Assembly (NCBI GenBank): GCA_951406725.2
Contig: OX597814.1
Coordinates: 54,684,001 to 54,748,000, forward strand
Direction: 5' to 3'
Source: Octopus vulgaris
Lineage: Eukaryota
DNA: 64,000 bases
Shown here: in pieces, positions 53,562-64,000 of the stretch
How the letters are laid out: each line of letters begins with the position of its first letter
How positions within the stretch are numbered: position 1 is the stretch's first letter
Notes under the pieces: model-generated
Database searches by the model: none
The model's input: only the letters and a program-made list of their open reading frames with translations
What the model was told of the DNA's origin: nothing
Made by a program: the position numbers and the translations under genes

Positions 53562-54574
53562 AACTCACTCTGATTGCAATAATAAATCTCTGAACGAGAT
53601 GTAAACAGTAACTGCTCGACAACGTAAAGTATACTAGCCATCTCAATATGGCTAACCACTAAGGGTGGGTGTTACTGTAGCTTTTAGCCCCAGGAGATCA
53701 TCGTCTCCAGCTGGCTTTAGGCACACTTTCTGATGACCTCTCTTTGCAAATACCATAAGTTCACAGAAAGTGTGCCTAAAGCCAGCTGGAGACGATGATC
53801 TCCTGGGGCTAAAAGCTAGAGTAACACCCACCCTTAGTGGTTAGCCATATTGAGATGGCTAGTATACTTCACTCTGATTGTTCTGATAAGAAAAAGAACT
53901 CCTGAATTTGTTGGCGAGATCCAGACCATGATTCACAACGATGCCTCCAAGTCAATTAGGTCCATCACCAGGGACATGCGACTATGTGAGTTTCTTATCT
54001 GGCAGGTAGTGGGTGAAGAGATTCGGTATTCCTCATACAAGATGAGAAAGGGCCAATTTTAATCCCAAGCCATCAAGGACGAAAGGGAAGACTGCACTAC
54101 AAAGCTTTTGAACAAACTTAAACATCCCCTCCAACCAAATATGCTCGGGCTTTTCTCAGACGAGAAAAACTTCTGCCAGGATCAGATGGTGAACACACAG
54201 AACAACAGCCAGTCAACATCATGGTGTTTGGAATGATCTACAGTGATGGCGACGTTATGCCTCCATCTATCTTCCCACACGGCCTCAAACTCAACACGGA
54301 GGCCTACATCAAGTTCCTGGAGGAGGTTTGCTGGCATGGGTCAAGAGGGTGGGTACTGGAAGACCCTGTCTGGTAACAGGACTCTGCACCATGTCACACA
54401 AGAAGAAGAACCCAGTCATGGCTGTCAGACAATTTCTGCGACCACATCACCTCTAACATCAGGCCACTTAACTCCCCAGACTGCAACCCCCTTGATTATA
54501 ATGTGTAGTGGGGTGCTGTGGAGCGGGAGACCAACCAAACTCCTTGTAACACCAAAGATGGACTGAAGGCAAGG

Positions 54575-54577
<3 letters not shown>
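53562..54577 (+). mobile_element. maT/DD37D-like Tc1/mariner transposase remnant, interrupted by an insertion
   Basis: HSDCSDKKRTPEFVGEIQTMI..KSIRSITRDM..YKMRKGQF; FSDEKNF; IMVFGMIYSDGDVMPP; QDSAPCHT; NSPDCNPLDY; WGAVERETN. Confidence 0.9.
53627..53869. repeat. Near-perfect 106-bp inverted repeat with 31-nt spacer
   Basis: 53627-53732 vs 53764-53869, one mismatch seen; cactctgattg duplicated at 53566-53576 and 53870-53880. Confidence 0.95.
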
Positions 54578-54630
<53 letters not shown>

Positions 54631-55687
54631 CATACATACAGGCACACTCACACACACATACACACACAAACAAATATATATATGCGTGCGCGTGTCTGCG
54701 TGCCTGTGTGCATGAATGTTATCTCGAAACTACGTTACCAAAATATCTGGCTGCAGTTTCTATTAGGCTGAGATCGTGAAGAGACTCCCTCATTAGCTTT
54801 TTAAATCAGCATCGCACAAAAGTCGTGATATGATCCATTAACCTTTTTGGTAGCAGTATCACATTCCGTTGATGTAGTTAGCTCGGTTGTCTAGAATCCC
54901 CTCCTTGAATATGTCACTTCTAAAATCGTAGACTTGTAACAGTTTCTGCTGAACGTTAACAGCATCAATTGCACCCGTCTTAAAGGGACTATTCTGGCTA
55001 TAGTTAAAGTTCCTTTCTTTGCATTAATGTAATAATAACAGTCTCCAGGTGAAAATTAGAGCACAAGAGAATAAGAGTAATCCAAATGCCTTCTAGACAC
55101 CAGCAATGCACTTCGCTAATGATCCAAACTACTCTTTTCTGCCCAGTCTGCATAGCTGTATGCTGGACTTATGTCATGTGACATAGTTCACTGCTGTACA
55201 CTGCAGAAGAAGTAGTAGCAGCGTTGCTGAAATATAGATTTTGTGATATAAGAACATGACCAAAGATTTATGGGGAAGGAGTTTCCCTGAAGGATGAAAG
55301 GCAAAGTCAATGGACCCATTTCATTTCTATTTTGCTCTACTGAAGCTCCACAGACATTTGATGTTTAAAAAAAAGTCTCTTTATATTTTTGTAATTAAAG
55401 ATTATTAGGAATTGTATTTAAAAAATTGTTGAAATATTTTATCTATAGTGGAAGTATAGCCAATTTATTGTACATGAAGTTTATCATCAAAATCTTATGT
55501 AGATCCTCAGGAGACATGTTGACCCCGATTAAGAACCACGGCTATAAATTTCGTAGACAATGAAATATTTGGGGTTACTTATTTCATTCCACCTGTATGG
55601 TCTATGAACCTCAGATAAAGGATCACAATTAAGGAGCAAGGCACGCAAACGTTTAAAATGAATGATGCCCCAAAACTGGGGACAGCA

Positions 55688-55739
<52 letters not shown>

Positions 55740-55740
55740 A

Positions 55741-56075
55741 GGCGCAGGCATATTTGTGTGGTTAAGAAAATAGTTTTGCAACAACGTTGTTTTGAGTTCA
55801 GTCCCACTGTGCGGTACTTCGGACATATGTCTTCTACTATAACCTTTCACTCTGTGATTGAATTTAGTTCACAGAACTTTTGTCGTATATGTATGTATGT
55901 GAGTGTGTACTGGGTCTCTTTGTCCCCCCACCACTGCTAGTCAACCGGTGTTGGTCTATTTACATCTCTATAAATTAGCGGCTCGTTAATGGAGAATATG
56001 ATAAGTACCGAACTTAATAATAATAAGTACTGAGGTTAATGTTGTTCGACTAAAAATTACTGAAACAAGTGGAAG
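55741..56075 (+). mobile_element. SINE family B (diverged)
   Basis: ggcgcaggcatatttgtgtggttaag..gagttcagtcccactgtgcgg..tgtcttctactata. Confidence 0.82.
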
Positions 56076-56342
56076 GCAAAAAAAAAAGTGTACATATAGC
56101 TTGAAATAATTATCTGGAAACTAGGTGATTCGGGTGTCTGGGTATAGACTCAACATAGCTGTTTCAAGTAGGGAGTGAAAAAATTGTTTACAGAAATAAA
56201 GGACATGTTTTCATGTGAGAGGCACGAAGAAAACGATTCATTGTTTTATAGTTTTCGACATATTTATGTCACTTAGCGAAAATATAACGAGCATGGCTGA
56301 TATGTTAATTCCCTCACATCAGCTATTATTTATATTTCTCTT

Positions 56343-56630
56343 TGAAAAGGCTGCCTAAAAGAAGAGAGGAAGGAAGAAATGAATCAAGGGAAGGAGGAAG
56401 GAAGAAAGATAGAAGGGAAGAAGAAAGGAAAAAAGAAAAAGAGCAGAGAACAAAGAAAGGAACGAAGAAAGAAAGGAAAGAGGGAAGACAGGAAAAAAGA
56501 AAGGCAACTAGAAAGAGAGAAATAAATAAAGAAAGAAAAAGGAAAGAAAGATAGAAAGGAAGGAAGAAAGAAAGAAAGAAAGGAGGAAAGGAAAAAAGAA
56601 AGGAAAAAGAAAGAAGAACAAAAGAAAGCA
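56343..56630. repeat. Purine-rich low-complexity tract (GAAA/GGAA)
   Basis: Almost only A and G on the + strand for ~290 nt. Confidence 0.92.
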
Positions 56631-57326
56631 CATTTTATTGTCCAGATACCATTTTGATGTTGTGTATATAAACGCTTTAGACCAATGAAGCTCATGATTT
56701 GTTTTTAGGTCACAAGGTTAGAAACCTTTAGAAGTTGACGAGGGATGAGTTCCTGTAATGTATATGACCTTTTATAAAAATCTAGACCAGAGAATATAAA
56801 AGAAATAACTTAAGAAGTGGCGTACTGTACTGAATGAAATACGCAAACGATTCTCAATTAATTGAAATTTCTCACTTTGTTGGAGAAAGAAAACAATAAA
56901 ACAAGCGATAATTGTTAGCCTCTTACGAATGAAAGCAGAGATAATACTTTCAATAAATTAAGAATTAATATCGCAAAATAAATTTACGTACTTAGTTGGA
57001 AATCTTATCTTTCATTACCATAAAGGAAGAATTACGAGCATGTTTCGCCCTTATTTTACCTCATCGGCAGGACCAGCTTTGATCAACCAATACCGACAAG
57101 ACTTTTTTTTAAATATGCAAATTGGTTTACTGAAAATTGTGGACATATCTATATATATATGGCACTGGTAGGATGTAAAGTTAGAGTATTTCGAGAGAAG
57201 CACTCCGAGCTATCAACACTGTCGGGTTCCAGGCCAATGTCGGAATTCCTAAGGTGTAGAAAATCCTTGTTTCACGACGGTACCAATGTAAAGTTGGTTT
57301 GGCAAAGAGTCAATAATCCAAATAAT

Positions 57327-57384
<58 letters not shown>

Positions 57385-57548
57385 CCCATTTGACACTAGA
57401 TATCTTGCTCCTGCTTGTCGCTGGAGTACGTCACTAGGATGGAGAGGGTCTGTGAGGGACTGTGCAAGCCGTTTCGAAATTAAAATTTTCGGCTGTGCAA
57501 TCGTTGGCGAGGCAACTATTCGATGCCCGGTCGAGTAGGAGAGCGTTT

Positions 57549-57566
57549 TGTATGTATGTATGTATG

Positions 57567-57600
<34 letters not shown>

Positions 57601-57716
57601 TGTATGTATGTATGTATGTATGTATGTATGTATGTATGTATGTATGTATGTATGTATGTATGCATGCATGCATTTGTGAGTGCATTTGTGTATGTGTGTG
57701 CGTATGTTTGTATGTA
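57549..57716. repeat. (TATG)n microsatellite
   Basis: Directly visible. Confidence 0.97.
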
Positions 57717-59012
57717 TAAAGTCACCCCACGTTTTAATCAGACTAATTTCTAAAACTACATTATTTAACTCTTTCTGTGTTTTATGATAGGATCGTAGGG
57801 TGTGATTTGAGGGAAATTTGGTTTTGACTGCTATTTCTAGCAAACCGAAGAATCACGTAGAGAATTTCTTCGCTGAGTCACTAAAGCCATGTGTCGTATC
57901 GGTGTCATTATTATCACCCCCCCACCCCCCCACCACTACCATCATCATCATCATCATCATTATACTACCAATATCAGTCACCTTGTAGGTGAAAGTTAGT
58001 TGCAGGAATCTATGTAGAATCTCGTTGGCGAGAACGTTGTTTTTGGTTTAGGGATAGAGTTAATCTGTCGCTCCGTTAAGCATCACTACCTGCTGGAAGC
58101 ATTCGGGCCAGGTCTCCCTCTCTTCTTGCTACTGACCTTGGAAACCTTCATAGAAAAGTCATGGGTGCTAATAATTTTCCCTCTGACTAAGCCATTAAAG
58201 AAAAAAACAAAAATCAAAAATCTTAAACCACGAACTGAATCATTTGTTTGTACTATAGAAATGAAAGGCTGTTGGAGAGACATGATGAGAATAATGGGAA
58301 ATGAAAACACTTTCATGGTTGACAGAATGATTTTAAGAAAGCAGAGGAGTAGCGTCACTTTTGTAAAAATAGAATAACATAAATACGGTGATGTGAAAAC
58401 AAATTTGGAAATTGATCTAGAAATAAAAAAAAATAATAAAGATGTTAGTGACATGCACTAAAATGTCTAAGGCTTTCGGAAGAATCATGTGAAGCTCAGT
58501 ACATGCTACGTATAGTTATACGAGCTGGCAATCATAGTTAATGCTGTGAGCCGAAAATAAGTTTTAATCAACTGAAATTGTATTTGTAATGAGAATAGAA
58601 AAAAAGAAACATTAGCGTTAACGAAATTTCATATCAAAAGGGACAAAGGAATTTTATCAAAACTGTATCTGAATTAGGATTTAAAACTTAAGAAAGTCGT
58701 TGATTCATTGAAAAATAAAGTTGTATAAAGAAGAGCAACATCACTGCACTATTTACTACTATTGTTATTTAGTTCCAAATTAACTTTGATCAAGCAGACC
58801 TGTGATCGAAGATATTAGGTCGGCGGTGACATCCCGCTTTCCTAGAGATAACTAGAATTATATCATCTTTCATTAAGACTATGGGGTGTGATTTGAGGGA
58901 TATATGGTCAGGAGCCCATTAGAGTACGCCTCCTTGGATAGTAGATAATGTAAATATCTAAAATCAACGCTAAATAGTTATAAGAGAAAGCTTGATTGCA
59001 TTGATTATAAAT

Positions 59013-59595
59013 ATTCTTTTTTTCTCTAGGCACAAGGCCCGACATTTTTTTTGGGGGGGCGGGGGGAGGCCAGTCGATTAGATCGATCCCAGTACGCAAC
59101 TGGTACTTAATTTATCGACCCCGAAAGTAAAGTCGACCTCAGCGGAATTTGAACTCAGAACGTAAAGACAGACGAAATACCTATTTCTTTACTACCCACA
59201 AGGGGCTAAACACAGAGCGGAAGAACAAGGACAGACAAACGGATTAAGTCGATTATATCGACCCCAGGGCGTAACTGGTATTATTTAATCGACCCCGAAA
59301 GGATGAAAGGCAAAGTCGACCTCGGCGGAATTTGAACTCAGAACATAGCGGCAGGCGAAATACCTATTTCTTTACTACCCACAAGGAGCTAAACACAGAG
59401 GGGACAAACAAGGACAGACAAACGGATTAAGTCGATTACATTGACCCCAGTGCGTTATTGGTACTTAATTTATCAACCCCGAAAGGATGAAAGGCAAAGC
59501 CGACCTCGGCGGAATTTGAACTCAGAACGTAACGGCAGACGAAATACCGCTAAGCTTTTCGCCCGGTGTGCTAACGATTCTGCCAGCTCGCCGCC
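59013..59595 (-). mobile_element. Head-to-tail trimer of SINE family A (~183-bp period)
   Basis: gaaatacc at 59174, 59357 and 59541; only the first unit on the minus strand has the ggcggcgagctggcag head. Confidence 0.93.
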
Positions 59596-61516
59596 CTACT
59601 ATACATAAATATTACATAACTAATGTGGTGTATTGTCGTTTATGAATCAAGATAAAATTCAATTAGAAACTATAAGTGACGTCTTTATAGTTGTGAATGT
59701 ATTTAGTAATTTACTTTGACGACGGATGCATAACTTTATTTCCCTGTGGTCATAATGTATGATATCACCTGGCGAGCTAGTTTATGGTTGAAAGTATTTT
59801 CAATTCTTTTACTTTGAATATTAATCCCGATCTTATTGAAATGTTTCCATAAAATATGTATTTCAACAGCTAGTCGAGTCGGTGGAAGGATATCATATTG
59901 GGCGGCAGTCCACCTCACTACAAGCAAGTACTATAGGAGTTATACTCCACAGCTGTAATGCAATAATGATGCCATATAATTGATATATCTTTAGCTTAAA
60001 TTTGTATTGAAATCCACTCAGATGCAAAGCTTTGATGGATAACTTTAAAAGAAACCAGCCTAGCGTAGCTACTATTGAATGACCGCACGTAAGGACTACA
60101 CCCCCAGATGCTCAAAGTGAATCGTGTCCTTGACTTGGCTTCAGTCACTTACACGACGTGCCTGTGTGTTCAGCGGAAGTCAGTCTGGAGAAGAACAGTC
60201 TCTTCCACACTGAAAAGTATTTGACATATTACGTGAAAGCAAAACACTTATATTACCCATGAAAGCCTACGAGGTATTTCATCAAGTCGTAGTTAGATTT
60301 GATTTTTAAACTTGAGAGAAAACTAAAACTCTACAAATTGATAGACTGTTAACTTTTCGTTATTGATTACTGATATTACTTTTATAATTAATGGGATTTA
60401 TAAATGAATACCACAGAAACGAGAAGAAAGTGGTAAAGCAAGATTTCTAGACGATAAGCACACACATATAATACAATAAGAATAATGAGAAAGAGAACGA
60501 GAGAAAGAGAGAGAGAGAGTGAGAGAGAGAGAGAGAGAGAGAGTGAGGGGAGGCATTAGGAAAGAGAGAGAAAACTTAATGAAGATATAAACGATCAGTT
60601 AATCTTTCACTCCAGCCAACAGAATTAACAGATGGCTAAACCGAATCCTTAAAAATTAGGTTAAGAGGACCGATTACAACTGATAAAGAGTAGCTGGGAG
60701 GTAACCATTAATAGGAAGGCCGAACCTAATCATTTATATCACTACCAAGTTGGGAAAGGCTGAGCAAATTCTTTCTCAGCAAGTTCACAACGGAGTTATC
60801 CAGTTTACAGTAAAACATGACCTAAGCAGGTCATTACTGCCCTGCCCACTGTAAGTGTTTGGACTTTGAACTTCAAAACAGTTGGCATTTAGAAGTAATT
60901 CTCCTTAAAGCATTTCATGTTTGTCGTGTTAATAATTACATGGATATTTTCTGTGTAGACATCAAACATGAAATTTAAGATTCAGAGATGGATACAGCTA
61001 CTACTGCTGCTGTTGTTACATCTACTGCTGTTGCTACTGTTTGCTGCTATGGCTAATTTATTTTCCAGGCACACTACTGTGGTGATGACACAGATATAAG
61101 TAAGGCCACCTTATTAAGGGTTGATATAATAGTTCACAATCCAAACGGAACACTGGACAATTTTAAAGTGTTGGTGCTGTGCTGTTCATAGAGAACTATT
61201 GCAACTATCACTACTGCTGAAGTTGTATTATAATTTGGGTTAGAGATTCCTTCCAGTAAGGACAATTAGAAACATTTATAAAATAATTGAAATACCTGCT
61301 TCATTCAGTTGAATAGTAAAATGTGACCAGGGATCGATTTGTAATATCTAGCTCGCAATAAAAGGAGGTAAATAATATCTGATGTGCGTATGTGGCAGAA
61401 GATCGCATAAAAATCAACCGAGTGAAGTGAGTTGCCCTAAAACGATCTGATTCGAATTTTAACTATCGCGGTTTATTGTATGTTTGCATGAAAATACTGT
61501 TGTGAGTGTTACTTAA

Positions 61517-61724
61517 TTCTTTCTACTTACAGGTACAAGGCCAGAAATTTTGGGCGATGGGTTTTGTCGATTACTTCGAGCCTAGAGCGCAACTGATTTT
61601 AAGCCCGAAAGGATGAAAGGGAAAGTCAACCTCAACGGAACTTGAACTCAGAACGTAAAGAACCAGAGGAAATATTGCTAAACATTTTGTCCAGCGTACT
61701 AACGATTCTGTTAGTTCGCCGCCT
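61517..61724 (-). mobile_element. SINE family A with 14-bp TSD
   Basis: tgagtgttacttaa at 61503-61516 and 61726-61739. Confidence 0.88.
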
Positions 61725-62295
61725 TTGAGTGTTACTTAAAACAAGATAAAATGGTTTGTTTCTAGAGAAAAAAAAAGTTATTCTTGAAGAATAAATGTCA
61801 ACATAATGTGTCAACATTTATGGAGTCATACGAAGGCACGTAAAATATTTTGTTATTTAAGAACTTTTAAAAACGCCATGAACTTAATTATTCCTCAAGG
61901 GTTTTAGCAAGAATATTGCGTCAGATATTTTTAAGGGAGAAAAAAAACTGGGTTGATGGTGGAGCGCTAGAGAGTAAAAACGACGATGGTGGCAACGATA
62001 CCAACAGCAATGAATACATACTATTGTCATGTTTGCATGAAAATACTGTTGATAGAGTGTTATTTAATTCTTGCCTTGTCAAAGTAACTGCTCCTGGCGA
62101 AACTCAAGCTGAAGCTGCTAACATTTACGAACGGTGATCAGTACCATCCCAGAGTATATATAAACGGCTAAACCATTGAGATTTAACAACATTGACATTG
62201 GCAGAGCACAGTGTGGCGGAGGTCACAAATTCGAAAGATCACAAGCATGAATTCACACATACATGCGTACGCGCACACTCACGTACACACATACA

Positions 62296-62337
<42 letters not shown>

Positions 62338-62421
62338 TTCTTAGTGTGCATGCACACACACACACACACACACATATATATACATATACACATATATACA
62401 TATACATACACACACACACAC

Positions 62422-62468
<47 letters not shown>

Positions 62469-62473
62469 TTTTG

Positions 62474-62682
62474 TACTTGTTTCAGTCATTTGACTGCGGC
62501 CATGCTGGAGCACCGCCTTTAGAGTGGTGAAAGAGTACAGCAGGGATCACCACCTCCTGCCGGAGCCTCGTGGAGCTTTTAGGTATTTTTTCGCTCAATA
62601 AACACACACAACGCCCGGTCTGGGAATCGAAACCGCGATCCTCCGACCGCAAGTCCGCTGCCCTAACCACTAGGCCATTGCG

Positions 62683-62684
<2 letters not shown>
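62474..62684 (-). mobile_element. tRNA-headed SINE (family D) carrying the family B 3' tail
   Basis: Minus strand ggcgcaatggcctagtggttagggcagcggacttgcggtcggaggatcgcggtttcgattccc..taaaggcggtgctccagcatggccgcagtcaaatgactgaaacaagta. Confidence 0.88.
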
Positions 62685-62771
<87 letters not shown>

Positions 62772-62934
62772 CATACATACACGTATATACATAGATAAAT
62801 GAATTAGAAATGAATCACGAACCTTTACAAGCTATGAGCTCAATTGGCTTCATGCGATTCTTGGAAGTGTAGTCTATTCTTAACTACAATAGCGACAACA
62901 CGAATTTCTTCCATCTTCTTGGTCTGCTAAAGTA

Positions 62935-63275
62935 CTGTATTTAATGTCCTATAAGACGCACGAGTGCATAGGAAGCACCCTAGCCTAGGTTATACTTTTG
63001 TAAAATAAATTACCACTAAACTTATGTCTTAATTCCACCACTTACAATATCTTTATGTTATTACCGGTAATTATAAGCCATTTATTGCATTCATATTCGA
63101 TATAAACATACCGTAGGCGATTGTTCACCACTAAATGGCAGTACACGTTTTGTAAACGTACATACGTTTTGAGCGAGTTTTGACCCTACATTGAGTGCAC
63201 TGGACGCAGGGGGATTTTTAAAGACATTTTTGAGTAAAAAAGAATGGGTCGAACGTTAAAGGCCATCAAATACGG
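62935..63275. mobile_element. pogo/Tigger-like MITE
   Basis: TA-ctgtatttaatgtcctataagacgcac ... cgttaaaggccatcaaatacgg-TA imperfect TIRs. Confidence 0.72.
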
Positions 63276-63601
63276 TATTTGAGAAAAATTATGTGTCCAA
63301 TTGGTTAAAATTCTATTTGTGCAGCTGATGATGGCACTGCATTTAAATTGATGTAATGATTGCATTGTTCAGTTAAATGGAGCCGCTTGAACCGGTCGTA
63401 CTGCATCACTACTTGATATCCTGTTGCTTATTTTGATTTTATTCACCTTAGTTCGAACTGTGCTGATAATACTGGACTGACTTGGTGCTTCAACTTAAGT
63501 ACCTAATTCAACTGAATCTCAATAATATATATACGTAATTTATTTTTCAGAATGAGATAAAAAACAAGGCTGTGAAGATTTTAGAACATTTATAAATAGA
63601 A

Positions 63602-63650
63602 GATCTTACAGATGCTTCCAGAATATTTATTATATCCCTTCATCGGAGAC
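63602..63650 (-). other. Degenerate hammerhead-like pLTR remnant
   Basis: gtct-cCGATGA-a-gggatat-aataa-atattct-GGAA-gcatctgta-agat. Confidence 0.4.
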
Positions 63651-63704
63651 GGTGTGAGAAAATGGTTAAGTAATAGTTAATTTAGATAAGATACCAAATA
63701 GAGG

Positions 63705-63766
<62 letters not shown>

Positions 63767-64000
63767 GTGGGTGTGTTTGTGCGTGTATGCGAGCACACAC
63801 ACACATACACACACACACATACACACACACACGCACATTCCGGAGCAAGAGGTACGTTTAAAAAATTGTGTCAAAATATGTATTCGTTAGTGTAAAGGTA
63901 CACGAATGAAACTAGATGGTTGTATGCCCTTCCTTGCTTTGTTTATTATTTTTCCTTATCTATTTTATGTTTTGTTGGGTAATTTTACTAGCCGTTGATG

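Noticed and set aside
53627-53732. HDV-like ribozyme in the hairpin arm
   Set aside because: A P1-like ggctaa/ttagcc pairing exists, but I could not place P1.1 GG, P2 and the catalytic C in the right order on either strand
58000-58460. Overlapping ORFs 58086-58454 and 58126-58377
   Set aside because: No domain; only a KKRGRP motif suggesting a decayed RTE fragment, too weak to annotate
59013-59595. CRISPR-like repeat-spacer array
   Set aside because: Units are whole-length repeats of a SINE with near-identical linkers; eukaryotic context; no cas genes
62586-62684. Possible tRNA gene
   Set aside because: Acceptor and anticodon stems are imperfect and the sequence continues into a SINE body and tail

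Overview
AT-rich, microsatellite-saturated eukaryotic non-genic or intronic DNA. The repeat inventory strongly suggests a coleoid cephalopod, probably Octopus; this is inferred from recall of its SINE families, not from a search. No host protein-coding gene can be supported, and most listed ORFs are microsatellite read-through. The window is a transposon graveyard. It holds a young 5'-truncated CR1/L2-clade LINE with an uninterrupted RT ORF, three Penelope-like (GIY-YIG) elements carrying minimal hammerhead-ribozyme motifs, two non-autonomous Helitrons, a piggyBac remnant, three Tc1/mariner derivatives, a pogo-like MITE, RTE and CR1 fragments, and many tRNA-derived SINEs. The most notable structural themes are: (i) about seven independent fold-back (inverted duplication) structures, (ii) about ten hammerhead-like motifs, including a variant TTTGAA(G/A)A core, (iii) a tRNA-like head inside a Penelope element just upstream of its ribozyme-bearing repeat, and (iv) a head-to-tail SINE trimer that restarts inside the tRNA region. 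Coordinates were counted by eye and may be off by a few bases.
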